From the NCBI GenBank assembly GCA_017937925.1, contig JAGBCQ010000011.1, positions 5,729 through 69,728 of the forward strand: a DNA stretch of 64,000 nt, given 5' to 3'. The translations under genes and the position numbers were made by a program. The DNA comes from Paraprevotella sp. GTDB taxonomy: Bacteria; Bacteroidota; Bacteroidia; Bacteroidales; Bacteroidaceae. Shown piece by piece: positions 29,854 through 40,979 of the stretch (within the stretch, counting starts at the first letter, position 1; each line of letters starts with the position of its first letter). Under the pieces are notes generated by a model that was not told the origin of the DNA, made no database searches, and worked only from the letters and a program-made list of their open reading frames with translations.

Positions 29854-31290
29854 ATGAAACATTCAGCACACATCCGTCTGTTACTCGGCGTGGGAATATT
29901 ATTATCGGCTTATTCTTGTACTCCCAATCAACAAAACAAAGAGGCGGAAATCAACGACATGACAACACCGTTGCATTTATTGAAACCTGAATATAAAGTG
30001 CCTTATGGCGAATTGAGCGGAACGCAAATCAAAGCGGACATTGACCGCGTGTTTACGTATATAGAGAAGAACACGCCCGTGCGCGTACTTAACGCTGAAG
30101 GCAACGAGGTCACCGATTATCATGCTATTCCACAAGGCGCCACACTCGACCGTGGTGCATTCCGCATCGGCAGTTACGAATGGGGTGTTACCTATCAAGC
30201 CTTGCTGAATGCATATCTTGCCACCGGTGACGAACGTTACAAGGACTACGTGACACGTCGCTTCACATTCTTATCACAAGTGGCTCCGGGATTTCGCAAA
30301 CTATACGAGGAGCACAACGAGACAGACACGCAAATGGAGCAAATATTGCATCCGAGAGCTTTGGATGACGCCGGCGCGATGTGTTGTGCCATGATGAAGG
30401 CATCCCAAATGGATTCCACGCTACAACTTTCGGAGTTGATTGAAAATTACTTTAAGTTTATTGAACACGGACAATACCGCTTGCCTGACGGTACTTTCGC
30501 ACGCCACCGTCCGCAGTACAACACCATCTGGTTGGACGACATGTTTATGGGAATTCCTTCCATTGCTTACAGAGGTGTTTACAAAGCAGAACAGGCCGCA
30601 AAGTATTTTGATGAAGCGGCAAAGATAAGTCGCCAATTCATAGAGCGTATGTTCGTTCCGGAAAAGAACCTTTACCGACATGGTTATGTAGAGGGATTGT
30701 CACAACAACCTACTTATCATTGGGCAAGAGCGAATGGTTGGGCGATTCTTACCAACTGTGAAGTTTTGGACGTGTTACCGGAAAATCATCCCTTACGCCC
30801 GTTCTTGTTAGAACAACTGCGCACGCACATCAAAGGTTTGGCAAACTATCAAAGTTCGGAGGGTTTCTGGCATCAGTTAATAGACCGTAACGACTCTTAT
30901 TTGGAGACTTCTGCCACAGCTATTTATGTATATTGCATCGCGCATGCTATCAACAAGGGATGGATTGATGCCATTACCTACGGACCGGTAGCACAACTTG
31001 GTTGGCATGCCGTAAGCACACAAATAAAAAGCGAAGGTCAGGTGGACGGTACTTGCGTGGGTACAGGCATGGCTTTTGACCCTGCATTCTATTATTATCG
31101 TCCTGCCAACTATCAAGCCGCTCACGGCTACGGACCGGTAATATGGGCCGGTGCTGAAATGATTCGACTACTTGACAAATGGCATCCACGTACTAACGAC
31201 AGCGGTTTGCACTACTATGATGTTGAACAGACTAATCCATCACCGTTATTCTACTTGACCGAAGACGGTAAGGGAGAAGCCGTAAAATAA
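29854..31290 (+). CDS. Unsaturated rhamnogalacturonyl hydrolase (GH105/GH88) lipoprotein
   Basis: Lipobox AYSC; SYEWG, WLDDMFM, WARANGW, GFWHQL and ETSATA motifs. Confidence 0.9.
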   Translation: MKHSAHIRLLLGVGILLSAYSCTPNQQNKEAEINDMTTPLHLLKPEYKVPYGELSGTQIKADIDRVFTYIEKNTPVRVLNAEGNEVTDYHAIPQGATLDRGAFRIGSYEWGVTYQALLNAYLATGDERYKDYVTRRFTFLSQVAPGFRKLYEEHNETDTQMEQILHPRALDDAGAMCCAMMKASQMDSTLQLSELIENYFKFIEHGQYRLPDGTFARHRPQYNTIWLDDMFMGIPSIAYRGVYKAEQAAKYFDEAAKISRQFIERMFVPEKNLYRHGYVEGLSQQPTYHWARANGWAILTNCEVLDVLPENHPLRPFLLEQLRTHIKGLANYQSSEGFWHQLIDRNDSYLETSATAIYVYCIAHAINKGWIDAITYGPVAQLGWHAVSTQIKSEGQVDGTCVGTGMAFDPAFYYYRPANYQAAHGYGPVIWAGAEMIRLLDKWHPRTNDSGLHYYDVEQTNPSPLFYLTEDGKGEAVK

Positions 31291-31294
31291 CACT

Positions 31295-32530
31295 ATGAAA
31301 AGGATTCATCGCATCTTTTTACTTCTATTGGTACTCACAAGTACCGAAGTGTATGCACAGGCAACATCGTGCCGACGCATCGTTCAAGTGACCAACCCGA
31401 CCGACAAGGTACGAACGGCCTACCCGGTCGTGATTGACCTGACGTCCAAACAATACATCAAATATGACATCGTTTCGGCAAATGTCGTATGTAACGGTAT
31501 AGAAATCGCATCACAAATAGATGACTTGAACGGTGATGGGAAAGGCGATGAATTGGCCTTTCTGACTGATTTGTCAGCTAACGAAACCAAGACTTTCAAC
31601 ATCACATTTTCAGCCAACGAAAGTAAAGTCCAATACCCCTTGGGAACCTATGCCTATATCAAACTAAACGACAGCAAAGAGAAGCATCCCAAAATCAAGA
31701 CCATCACCTATCCCGGTGATGCCAACTTGCTGGATATGTATAATAGCATTTACGGTCATGGTGCAGTGTTTGAAAACGATTATATGGCATATCGTATCTA
31801 TATGGATAACCGGCAGAGCATTGACCTTTACGGTAAAACAACACCACGACTGGAAATGGACGTAACCGGTTTCTACACCACAGACGAACAATTAAAGCAA
31901 GGGTATGGTTGTGACATCCTTTGGGCCGGTAAATCGGTCGGTGCCGGTTCGTTCAGAGGTATAAGAAACAACGAGCCTTGTTACATCGATACGGTTGAAT
32001 GGCGTAAACAAACCGTTATTGCATCAGGTCCGGTACGTTCCATAATAGAAGTGGCAGACGACGGATGGATATACAATGGCAGGGAATTGGATATGACACA
32101 ACAATATACATTGTACGCAGGAAGGCGCGATGTAATGGTTGAGATACACATTTCCGGAGGATGCGAAAATGAGTTGTATTGTACAGGAATACAAAAGTTG
32201 GAAAACAACAATACCGGATTTATACAACCTGATGGTTTAGCCGGCAGTTGGGGAAACAATGTTCCTGAAAAAGGAAAGCCACACCACAACGAATGGGTTG
32301 GTTTGGGACTGTACACAGACGACGCCAACAGAATTGAGCCGAGAGAGGACGAATTTAATTATCTCACCATACTACGGACAGACAAAGACGGTACTATCCG
32401 TTACCGCATCGCTACCTGCGCAGGACGTGAAACAAACGGATTCAACAAAGCTTCCGACTGGTTTGAGTTCCTTCAGTCATGGAAAGAAGAAATAGACCAT
32501 CCTTGTATAGTCAAGATAAAGAAAGGATAA
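31295..32530 (+). CDS. DUF4861-like exported protein
   Basis: Signal peptide; SQIDDLNGDG, HGAVFEN, YRIY, IDLYGK and GCDIL motifs; adjacent to GH105. Confidence 0.7.
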   Translation: MKRIHRIFLLLLVLTSTEVYAQATSCRRIVQVTNPTDKVRTAYPVVIDLTSKQYIKYDIVSANVVCNGIEIASQIDDLNGDGKGDELAFLTDLSANETKTFNITFSANESKVQYPLGTYAYIKLNDSKEKHPKIKTITYPGDANLLDMYNSIYGHGAVFENDYMAYRIYMDNRQSIDLYGKTTPRLEMDVTGFYTTDEQLKQGYGCDILWAGKSVGAGSFRGIRNNEPCYIDTVEWRKQTVIASGPVRSIIEVADDGWIYNGRELDMTQQYTLYAGRRDVMVEIHISGGCENELYCTGIQKLENNNTGFIQPDGLAGSWGNNVPEKGKPHHNEWVGLGLYTDDANRIEPREDEFNYLTILRTDKDGTIRYRIATCAGRETNGFNKASDWFEFLQSWKEEIDHPCIVKIKKG

Positions 32531-32535
32531 ACCTT

Positions 32536-33063
32536 ATGACAACCGATCACCCTTTTGCTCAATTCAGGTTCTGCCCTAAATGCGGGTCATCAAACTTTGT
32601 GGTTCACAACGAGAAATCAAAAGAATGTCGTGACTGTGGATTTGTCTATTATTTTAATCCGAGTTCATCGGTGGTGGCTGTCATCCTAAACAGCAAGAAT
32701 GAATTATTGGTTTGCAGACGTGCTAAAGAACCGGCCAAAGGGACATTGGACTTGCCCGGAGGCTTTTCAGACTGCTTTGAGACGAGTGAGGAAAGTGTGG
32801 TAAGGGAAGTAAAAGAAGAAACAGGACTGACTGTCACCGATACGAAATTCCTTTTTTCGTTGCCTAACACTTATTTATACTCCGGTTTCTTAGTACATAC
32901 GATTGATATGTTCTTCCGATGTGAAGTGGCAGACTGTACACACCTTCATGCTATGGACGATGTGGATGATTTAATATGGACTGCCATTGAAAACTTAAAC
33001 CCGAATGACTTTGGTTTATTGTCAATCCGCAAAGCAATCAGCCAACTAAAAAACATTTTATAG
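32536..33063 (+). CDS. NUDIX hydrolase with N-terminal zinc ribbon
   Basis: CPKC...CRDC; Nudix box GG..ETSEESVVREVKEETG; ATG at 32536. Confidence 0.92.
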   Translation: MTTDHPFAQFRFCPKCGSSNFVVHNEKSKECRDCGFVYYFNPSSSVVAVILNSKNELLVCRRAKEPAKGTLDLPGGFSDCFETSEESVVREVKEETGLTVTDTKFLFSLPNTYLYSGFLVHTIDMFFRCEVADCTHLHAMDDVDDLIWTAIENLNPNDFGLLSIRKAISQLKNIL

Positions 33064-33187
33064 GAGTGGTGCGCCTATACGGCAAACGCAAAAAACAACC
33101 TTTCAACATAAATTTTGTATTATAATAAGGTGTAGTATCTCTTTTTTTCCTACTTTTGCCACGAATTTACAAAATAGGTAGAAGAGC

Positions 33188-35524
33188 ATGCAGAAAAATT
33201 TAGTCATCGTGGAGTCTCCTGCCAAGGCGAAAACCATTGAAAAGTTTTTAGGCGCAGATTACAAAGTCCTGTCAAGTTACGGACATATCCGCGATTTAAA
33301 GAAAAAAGAGTTCAGTATAAATACAGATACTTTTATTCCTCAATACGAAATCCCATCGGAGAAGATTAAACTGGTCAACGACCTGAAGTCGCAAGCACAA
33401 AAGGCTGAAATGGTATGGTTGGCATCCGATGAGGACCGCGAAGGAGAAGCAATTTCATGGCACCTTTATGAAGTGTTGAACCTGAAACCGGAAAAGACAA
33501 AACGTATCGTATTTCATGAAATTACCAAAAGTGCAATTCTTGAAGCCATAGAAAATCCGAGAGACATTGACTTGAACCTGGTCAACGCACAACAGGCACG
33601 CCGCGTTTTGGACCGCATTGTTGGTTTTAAGTTGTCGCCGGTGCTATGGAAAAAAGTAAAACCTGCTCTTTCTGCCGGACGTGTTCAGAGTGTTGCCGTA
33701 CGCCTCATCGTAGAGCGTGAACGTGAAATTCAACAGTTCCAAAGCGAAGAGAGCTACCGCATCGTAGCCACTTTCCAACTGCCCGACCATAAAGAGGCCG
33801 GTAATATCAAAGCAGAGTTGAACGTCCGTTTCAAGACGTTGGAAGAAGCCACACAGTTCTTGGAGGCATGCAAAGATGCGGAATTTACCGTTCAAGACAT
33901 CGTGACAAAACCACAGAAACGTACTCCGGCAGCTCCTTTTACCACTTCTACCCTTCAACAGGAAGCTGCTCATAAGTTAGGTTTCACAGTGGCACAAACC
34001 ATGATGGTAGCACAACGCTTGTACGAATCAGGACGTATCACATACATGAGAACGGACTCTGTCAATCTGTCTTCATTATGTGTCAATGCCAGCATGAAGG
34101 TGATTAAGGATACCATGGGTGAGAAATACGTAAAAAGTCGCCGTTTCCACACCAAATCCAAAGGTGCACAAGAAGCTCACGAAGCTATCAGACCGACCTA
34201 TATGGATCAACCGGAAATTGAAGGAACATCGCAAGAACGTCGCCTATACGAATTGATATGGAAACGCACCATCGCATCGCAAATGGCAGATGCCGTAATA
34301 GAAAAGACTACTGCCACTATCGATATTTCCAACCAAGACATCAAGTTCGTCGCAACAGGTGAAGTAATCAAATTTGACGGATTCCTTAAAGTTTACCGTG
34401 AAAGTTTAGACGAAGACGGAGAAAAAGAAACGGAAAGCAGTTTGTTGCCTCCATTAACATCCGGACAAGTTCTGAAAAGAACTAAAGTACAAGCTATGCA
34501 ACGTTTCAGTCAACGCCCATTCCGATACAACGAAGCAAGTTTGGTAAAAAAACTGGAAGAACTCGGCATCGGCAGACCTTCAACCTATGCTCCGACAATC
34601 AGTACCATACAACAAAGAGAGTACGTCGCAAAGGGTGACAAAGAAGGAGAAACAAAAGACTTGATTACCTTGACTCTTAAAGGACAAAATATCACGTCAC
34701 AAACAAAAGCCACCAATATTGGTGCTGAAAAAGGGAAGTTACTGCCCACAGATACCGGTGTCGTAGTAAACGACTTCTTACTTCAGTTTTTCCCCGGCAT
34801 CATGGACTATAATTTCACTGCCGACGTAGAAAAAAGATTCGACCAAATAGCAGAAGGTAAAACCAAATGGGCGAAAATGATGAAGGATTTTTATTCCGAC
34901 TTTGACCCGTTGGTGGAAAATGCCCTTAACATCAAATCCGAACGTAAAGTGGGCGAACGAGAGTTAGGAATAGACCCTAAGAGCGGGAAACCTGTGTTCG
35001 TTAAGATAGGTAGATTCGGTCCGGTGGTACAGATAGGGTCGGCTGAGGATGAAGAAAAACCTAAGTTCGCACAGATGAAAAGCGGACAGAGTATAGAAAC
35101 CATCACTTTGGACGAAGCGTTAGAACTCTTCCAACTACCTCGAGAATTAGGTTTATTTGAAGACAGCAACGTCACGATAGGAACCGGTAAATTCGGTCCA
35201 TACATATTACACAATAAGAAGTACGTTTCGCTACCGAAAAGTTACGACCCCATGAGTGTTACATTAGAAGATGCCGTGGCGTTGATTAACGAGAAAAGAC
35301 AGGCTGAATCGGAACGACATATCAAATCGTTCGCTGAGGATCCTGACTTGGAAGTTCTTAACGGAAGATACGGTGCGTACTTGGCTTACAAAGGCACCAA
35401 CTACCGCCTGCCAAAAGTCATGGCTGAACGTGCCAAAGACTTGACGCTGGATGAGTGCATGAACGTGATTAACGGACAAGGAGAAAAGACAACCCGCAAA
35501 AAGACATATTCCAAAAAGAAATGA
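33188..35524 (+). CDS. topA: DNA topoisomerase I
   Basis: IVESPAKAK, DEDREGE, SAGRVQS, ITYMRTDS and GIGRPSTY motifs. Confidence 0.98.
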   Translation: MQKNLVIVESPAKAKTIEKFLGADYKVLSSYGHIRDLKKKEFSINTDTFIPQYEIPSEKIKLVNDLKSQAQKAEMVWLASDEDREGEAISWHLYEVLNLKPEKTKRIVFHEITKSAILEAIENPRDIDLNLVNAQQARRVLDRIVGFKLSPVLWKKVKPALSAGRVQSVAVRLIVEREREIQQFQSEESYRIVATFQLPDHKEAGNIKAELNVRFKTLEEATQFLEACKDAEFTVQDIVTKPQKRTPAAPFTTSTLQQEAAHKLGFTVAQTMMVAQRLYESGRITYMRTDSVNLSSLCVNASMKVIKDTMGEKYVKSRRFHTKSKGAQEAHEAIRPTYMDQPEIEGTSQERRLYELIWKRTIASQMADAVIEKTTATIDISNQDIKFVATGEVIKFDGFLKVYRESLDEDGEKETESSLLPPLTSGQVLKRTKVQAMQRFSQRPFRYNEASLVKKLEELGIGRPSTYAPTISTIQQREYVAKGDKEGETKDLITLTLKGQNITSQTKATNIGAEKGKLLPTDTGVVVNDFLLQFFPGIMDYNFTADVEKRFDQIAEGKTKWAKMMKDFYSDFDPLVENALNIKSERKVGERELGIDPKSGKPVFVKIGRFGPVVQIGSAEDEEKPKFAQMKSGQSIETITLDEALELFQLPRELGLFEDSNVTIGTGKFGPYILHNKKYVSLPKSYDPMSVTLEDAVALINEKRQAESERHIKSFAEDPDLEVLNGRYGAYLAYKGTNYRLPKVMAERAKDLTLDECMNVINGQGEKTTRKKTYSKKK

Positions 35525-36048
35525 TTCGTATCATCCTCATTGGTTACATGGGAGCCGGTAAGACAACTGTCGGCAAGGCTCTGGCGCAAGAATTGAATAT
35601 TCCGTTTTACGACTTGGATTGGTACATCGAAGAACGTTATCGAAAAACTATACCGCAAATTTTCGCAGAGAAAGGCGAAGAGGGGTTTAGAGATATTGAA
35701 AAAAAACTACTGCACGAGGTCGCGGAGTTTGAGGACGTCATCATCTCTTCCGGTGGTGGTACACCATGCTTCTTTGACAATATTGACTATATGAACCAAC
35801 AGGCTCAAACCGTTTATCTGAAAGCATCACCCGAAGTCTTGCATAAACACTTAAAAATGGGTAAGACAGAGCGTCCATTGCTGAAAAACAAAACGGAAGA
35901 AGAAATGATAACATTTATTCAAACGTCATTAGCCGAACGCGAACCTTTTTACGAGAAAGCACAATATATACATAATGTAGATTTATTAGAGAGTTATGAA
36001 AAGATAAAGGACTCCGTCCGTTTACTTCGTGAACTTTTAAATATTTAA
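35521..36048 (+). CDS. aroK: Shikimate kinase
   Basis: GYMGAGKT, DLD, GGG and RPLL motifs. Confidence 0.96.
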   Translation: MIRIILIGYMGAGKTTVGKALAQELNIPFYDLDWYIEERYRKTIPQIFAEKGEEGFRDIEKKLLHEVAEFEDVIISSGGGTPCFFDNIDYMNQQAQTVYLKASPEVLHKHLKMGKTERPLLKNKTEEEMITFIQTSLAEREPFYEKAQYIHNVDLLESYEKIKDSVRLLRELLNI

Positions 36049-36053
36049 GACTT

Positions 36054-37949
36054 ATGAGAAGATGGCGCATTGAGGACTCTGAAGAGCTCTACAACATCAA
36101 TGGTTGGGGAGCTTCTTATTTTAGTATCAATGAGGAAGGTAACGTCGCTGTTACCCCCAAAAAGAACGGTGTTTCCATAGACCTTAAACAGTTGATAGAC
36201 GAATTGCAGTTGCGCGACGTTGCAGCGCCTGTACTTATCCGCTTCCCGGACATCCTTGACAATCGTATCGAAAAGATTTCCGGATGCTTTAAAATTGCAG
36301 CGGAGGAATATGACTATAAAGGCGAGAATTTCATTGTTTACCCAATCAAGGTGAATCAAATGCGTCCTGTCGTTGAAGAAATCATGAGTCATGGCAAGAA
36401 GTACAACATCGGACTAGAGGCCGGTTCCAAGCCGGAACTTCATGCCGTTATCGCCATGAATGCCGACAGCGACTCACTGATTATCTGTAACGGCTATAAG
36501 GATGATAGTTACATAGAACTCGCCCTGTTAGCGCAGAAAATGGGAAGACGCATCTTCTTGGTCGTTGAGAAACTGAACGAATTGAAACGTATAGCCAAAA
36601 TCGGCAAACGTCTGGGCGTGCGTCCTAATATCGGTATCCGTATAAAGTTAGCATCAGAAGGTAGTGGCAAGTGGGAAGAAAGCGGCGGTGACGCAAGTAA
36701 ATTCGGATTGACTTCCAGCGAATTGCTTGAAGCAATTGAAATTCTTGATAAATATGACATTCGCGACTGCTTGCGATTGATTCATTTCCACATAGGCAGT
36801 CAAATCACTAAGATTCGCCATATAAAAACCGCTCTGCGCGAAGCGTCTCAATTCTATGTGCAACTGCGCAAATTAGGATTCAACATCGAATTTACTGACA
36901 TCGGTGGTGGTTTGGGAGTGGACTATGACGGTACACGCTCTTCAAGTAGCGAGAGCAGTGTCAACTACTCTATCCAAGAATATGTGAACGACGCTATATT
37001 TACATTTGTTGATGCGGCTGATAAGAATGGCATCCCACATCCTAACATCATTACAGAGAGTGGACGTTCCGTTTCTGCACATCATGCTATTTTCATTACA
37101 GAGGTGCTTGAAACGGCTGCCCTTCCACAGATGGACGAAGATTGGGAAGTCGGTGAAAACGATCATGACTTGGTGAAGGAACTGTATAAAATTTGGTGTG
37201 AGTTGGACCAACGCACCATGCTTGAAGCCCTACACGACGCCCAACAAATTCGTGAGGAAGCTCTTGAATTGTTCAGCCATGGTATCGTTGACCTCAAGAC
37301 TCGCGCACAAATAGAAAGTATGTTCTGGAGCGTCACTCGCGAGATATTGGCAATAGCCAAAAACATGAAACACGTTCCCGATGATTTCAGAAAGTTACCA
37401 AAGCTGTTGGCCGACAAATACTTCTGCAACTTCTCACTTTTCCAAAGTCTTCCGGATAGCTGGGGTATAGACCAATTCTTCCCCATCATGCCTATTCACA
37501 GATTGGACGAACGTCCGGACAGAAGTTGTACCATTCAAGACATGACTTGCGACAGCGATGGTAAAATCACAGACTTCATCAATTATAACAGCAAGGCGGA
37601 CTCATTAAGAGTTCATAGAATGAAATCCAACGAACCTTATTATTTGGGTGTATTCTTAGTGGGTGCTTATCAAGAAATATTAGGCGACCTGCACAACCTT
37701 TTCGGTGATACAAATGCCGTACATGTCAGCGTGGACGAGGATGGGTATCATATAGATAAGATTATTGACGGTGAAACAATTGCCGATGTGCTTGATTACG
37801 TTCAATACGATGCCCGCAAGTTGGTGCGCACCCTTGAGCGTTGGGTCACCAGTGCAGTCAAGGAAGGACGCATCAGTTTGGAAGAAGGTAAGGAGTTCTT
37901 ATCTAATTATCGTTCCGGTTTGTATGGTTACACATATCTTGATTATTAA
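36054..37949 (+). CDS. speA: Biosynthetic arginine decarboxylase
   Basis: YPIKVNQ, EAGSKPEL, HFHIGSQ, TCDSDG and GAYQEILG motifs. Confidence 0.97.
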   Translation: MRRWRIEDSEELYNINGWGASYFSINEEGNVAVTPKKNGVSIDLKQLIDELQLRDVAAPVLIRFPDILDNRIEKISGCFKIAAEEYDYKGENFIVYPIKVNQMRPVVEEIMSHGKKYNIGLEAGSKPELHAVIAMNADSDSLIICNGYKDDSYIELALLAQKMGRRIFLVVEKLNELKRIAKIGKRLGVRPNIGIRIKLASEGSGKWEESGGDASKFGLTSSELLEAIEILDKYDIRDCLRLIHFHIGSQITKIRHIKTALREASQFYVQLRKLGFNIEFTDIGGGLGVDYDGTRSSSSESSVNYSIQEYVNDAIFTFVDAADKNGIPHPNIITESGRSVSAHHAIFITEVLETAALPQMDEDWEVGENDHDLVKELYKIWCELDQRTMLEALHDAQQIREEALELFSHGIVDLKTRAQIESMFWSVTREILAIAKNMKHVPDDFRKLPKLLADKYFCNFSLFQSLPDSWGIDQFFPIMPIHRLDERPDRSCTIQDMTCDSDGKITDFINYNSKADSLRVHRMKSNEPYYLGVFLVGAYQEILGDLHNLFGDTNAVHVSVDEDGYHIDKIIDGETIADVLDYVQYDARKLVRTLERWVTSAVKEGRISLEEGKEFLSNYRSGLYGYTYLDY

Positions 37950-38723
37950 ATGAAAGAGAAACTCACTATCGTAAAAGTTGGTGGCAAGATTGTTGAAGAG
38001 GAAGAGTCCCTTCAACAATTACTTTCCGATTTTTCTGCTATTCCCGGAAAGAAAGTGCTCATACATGGTGGCGGCCGCTCAGCCACAAAAATGGCTGCGC
38101 AATTGGGCATAGAAAGCAAAATGGTCAACGGAAGACGCATTACGGATGCCGAAATGCTTAACGTTGTCACAATGGTTTATGGCGGACTGGTCAACAAAAC
38201 CATAGTAAGCCGTTTACAAGCCGAAGGCGTAAATGCCTTAGGACTGACCGGTGCTGACATGGATATTATCCGCTCACACAAACGCCCTGTCAAAGATATT
38301 GATTACGGTTTTGTGGGTGATGTAGAGACCGTAAATGGCGAACTGCTGGCTGATTTGATTCAAAAGGGTATCGTACCGGTAATTGCTCCTCTCACCCATG
38401 ACGGGAAAGGGCATATCCTCAATACCAATGCCGACACTATGGCCGGAGAAACAGCTAAAGGATTGGCACAATACTTTGATGTCACCCTCTTGTTCTGTTT
38501 CGAAAAGAAAGGTGTTTTGAAAGACCCGGATGACGACGACAGCGTCATACCGTATATCAATGAAGAAACATTCAAGCAACTTGTAAATGAGGGCGTGATA
38601 CAAGGAGGCATGATTCCAAAACTTGAGAATTCGTTTGATGCCATACATGCCGGTGTCAGCAAAGTCATCATCACACTTTCTACTGCCATCGATGGTAAGT
38701 CCGGAACTATTATTGAAAAATAA
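37950..38723 (+). CDS. argB: Acetylglutamate kinase
   Basis: VKVGG, HGGG, GRRITD, NTNAD and GGMIPKL motifs. Confidence 0.95.
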   Translation: MKEKLTIVKVGGKIVEEEESLQQLLSDFSAIPGKKVLIHGGGRSATKMAAQLGIESKMVNGRRITDAEMLNVVTMVYGGLVNKTIVSRLQAEGVNALGLTGADMDIIRSHKRPVKDIDYGFVGDVETVNGELLADLIQKGIVPVIAPLTHDGKGHILNTNADTMAGETAKGLAQYFDVTLLFCFEKKGVLKDPDDDDSVIPYINEETFKQLVNEGVIQGGMIPKLENSFDAIHAGVSKVIITLSTAIDGKSGTIIEK

Positions 38724-38744
38724 AGATCAGAGTGTCATCCGTAC

Positions 38745-39242
38745 ATGATAACGCAAGACTTTAGAATAGAAACCGACCAATTAAAGCTACAGTTTGAGCA
38801 AGGTAAGGGCGAAAGGTTCTTAATCAATCGGAACAAGAATAATATTACAATTGTTTATCCCCCTCAGACTGACTTTGAGCCTATACAAGAATGGTTGATG
38901 AAGGTTATCATAGAAATTTTACGCAAACAAGCTAAAACTGTATTACCACAACGATTGCAAGAATTAGCACAGATTCATGGATTTAACTTCTCCGGTGTAC
39001 GTATCAACTCTGCTCGGACACGTTGGGGCAGTTGTTCAAGCAAAAAGCACATCAACCTTTCTTTATTCTTACAGATTCTTCCTCAAGAACTTTCTGACTA
39101 TGTACTTCTACATGAATTATGCCATACCGTAGAAATGAATCATGGTAAACGTTTTTGGGCTTTGATGGATAAGGTTACCAATCATCGCTCGGGACAACTT
39201 AGAAACGCCCTCCGTCGTTATCCATCACCTTTTCGTCAGTGA
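38745..39242 (+). CDS. YgjP/DUF45 (M48-like) metalloprotease
   Basis: TRWGSCS and YVLLHELCH..EMNHG..FW motifs. Confidence 0.9.
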   Translation: MITQDFRIETDQLKLQFEQGKGERFLINRNKNNITIVYPPQTDFEPIQEWLMKVIIEILRKQAKTVLPQRLQELAQIHGFNFSGVRINSARTRWGSCSSKKHINLSLFLQILPQELSDYVLLHELCHTVEMNHGKRFWALMDKVTNHRSGQLRNALRRYPSPFRQ

Positions 39243-40023
39243 TGTTTGAAGTAAAGCGTTTATTCAAATATAGGAACAGACAACAAGCTACAGCTATACT
39301 GAACAAAATAAGCAAGCACAGATTCAACGTACTACCGCTGACTCCTTGTAAAGTCACCTCCTCATCACCACATAACCAAATGAGCATTAACCCTACCAAA
39401 TTGTTAAAAAAATGAGCCGCAAATGGCACCCAAATACTCTTTGATTTCCAATATAGCCATCCCAAAATAAACCCAATAAGCACACCTCCAAGAATTTGTG
39501 GCGGGTTGCCATGCACGGCACCAAACACCAAAGAACTCCAAACAATAGCCATTAAAGGTGTCTGACCATTCTTTAAAAATAAATTCATACACTCCATCCT
39601 AAAGAGCAATTCTTCAGCAAATGGACCTATCAAAACTATCGCCACAATGCCTAACGGATGATACGCCAATTGCAAAATAGCGTCTTTAGTCAAATCTTCA
39701 GCATTGAATGATTCTATCAATACATTAACTATAAATATCACAGGCAACATCAACAAACAGACTGCGATAAAGTCTTTAGTACGCACCCCTCTCAAACGAA
39801 ACGATTCACGATGATACCAGCGAAAAAGGAATAATGCTGCACACAACAGCACATTTGACAGAATCAAAGAAAGAGGCATCATGTCAGGATGTTTCATTAC
39901 CTCGTCAAAATTATCTCCACAACCGATAATAAACCCTACTATATATGCCAAACAAACCCCAAGCACCTGCGTCAAGAGAAACAGAAGCACCAATCCTAGC
40001 AATTGTATCTTCAATGTTCTCAT
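39199..40023 (-). CDS. CPBP (CAAX/Abi) intramembrane metalloprotease
   Basis: EELLFR, FGAVH and AHFFNN motifs; multiple TM helices. Confidence 0.92.
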   Translation of the reverse strand: MRTLKIQLLGLVLLFLLTQVLGVCLAYIVGFIIGCGDNFDEVMKHPDMMPLSLILSNVLLCAALFLFRWYHRESFRLRGVRTKDFIAVCLLMLPVIFIVNVLIESFNAEDLTKDAILQLAYHPLGIVAIVLIGPFAEELLFRMECMNLFLKNGQTPLMAIVWSSLVFGAVHGNPPQILGGVLIGFILGWLYWKSKSIWVPFAAHFFNNLVGLMLIWLCGDEEVTLQGVSGSTLNLCLLILFSIAVACCLFLYLNKRFTSNITDEKVMDNDGGRF

Positions 40024-40979
40024 TATAACTCCGCAATAATATTTCTTACCATTATCTCATCTTTGCGAATTTGATTTACAAGTTCTCCTCTATTCTTGAA
40101 CTTCTTCTCATCACGCAAGCGAGTAATAAATTCCAGAGTTATCTGTTGATTGTACAAGTTACGTTGATAATCCAACACATGAACCTCTATCGTTTTATTA
40201 TCACCGTTCTCTATTGTCGGACGCCGGCCGATGTTTAGCATCCCGTACCATTCCTTTGGTTCTTTATCAATTCTTACTTTTACGACATAAACACCATCCT
40301 TAGGAATCAGTTTATATTCACTGTTCGGATGAATATTGGCTGTTGGATATCCAAGCTCACTTCCAACCTGGAAACCTCTCTCCACCAATCCTGACAGATG
40401 ATAATTGTATCCTAAACATTCTGCCGCAAAATTTACTTCGCCCTCAGCTAAGAATGAACGTACCATTGAAGAACTTACGTTCAAATCACTTTTAAGGAAA
40501 GCATTAGCCAAGATGACTTCTATACCCAATTCTTTCCCATAACGTACGTAATCCTCAAAAGTCTCTTCACGATTATGGCCAAAACGATGGTCATACCCGA
40601 CAATCAAAGTAGAAACTGACAGTTTTTCACGCAACACCTCTCCCATAAATTGACGAGCTGACATCATAGACATCTCTTTCGTAAAATCTAACGTCAAGAT
40701 GTTATCCACTCCTGTTTTCGACAATAGTTCAATCTTTTCTTCCAAAGTTGATAACAACTTCGGTTGATAATCTGCTTGCATCACCAAACGGGGATGTCGC
40801 TGAAATGTAATCAACAAGGAAGACTGGTTTTTGTCTCGCGCATAATCTTTCAACCTGTCTATCAGGTATTGATGCCCGATATGCACTCCATCAAAAAAAC
40901 CGATGGTAGCCACACATGAGTTATAGGGTAATTTGTCTGAAAGAGTTGTAATCAAATTCATTCTGTTATTCCTTATCAA
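40023..40979 (-). CDS. ribF: Bifunctional riboflavin kinase/FAD synthetase
   Basis: GFFDGVHIGH, GYDHRFG, GYPTAN and IEVH motifs. Confidence 0.96.
   Translation of the reverse strand: MIRNNRMNLITTLSDKLPYNSCVATIGFFDGVHIGHQYLIDRLKDYARDKNQSSLLITFQRHPRLVMQADYQPKLLSTLEEKIELLSKTGVDNILTLDFTKEMSMMSARQFMGEVLREKLSVSTLIVGYDHRFGHNREETFEDYVRYGKELGIEVILANAFLKSDLNVSSSMVRSFLAEGEVNFAAECLGYNYHLSGLVERGFQVGSELGYPTANIHPNSEYKLIPKDGVYVVKVRIDKEPKEWYGMLNIGRRPTIENGDNKTIEVHVLDYQRNLYNQQITLEFITRLRDEKKFKNRGELVNQIRKDEIMVRNIIAEL

Noticed and set aside
33188-39242. topA-aroK-speA-argB mixed operon
   Set aside because: Familiar Bacteroidales gene order; not novel
39199-40023. CPBP 'Abi' protein as a phage-defence gene
   Set aside because: Sits in the ribF housekeeping operon; the family name alone is not evidence
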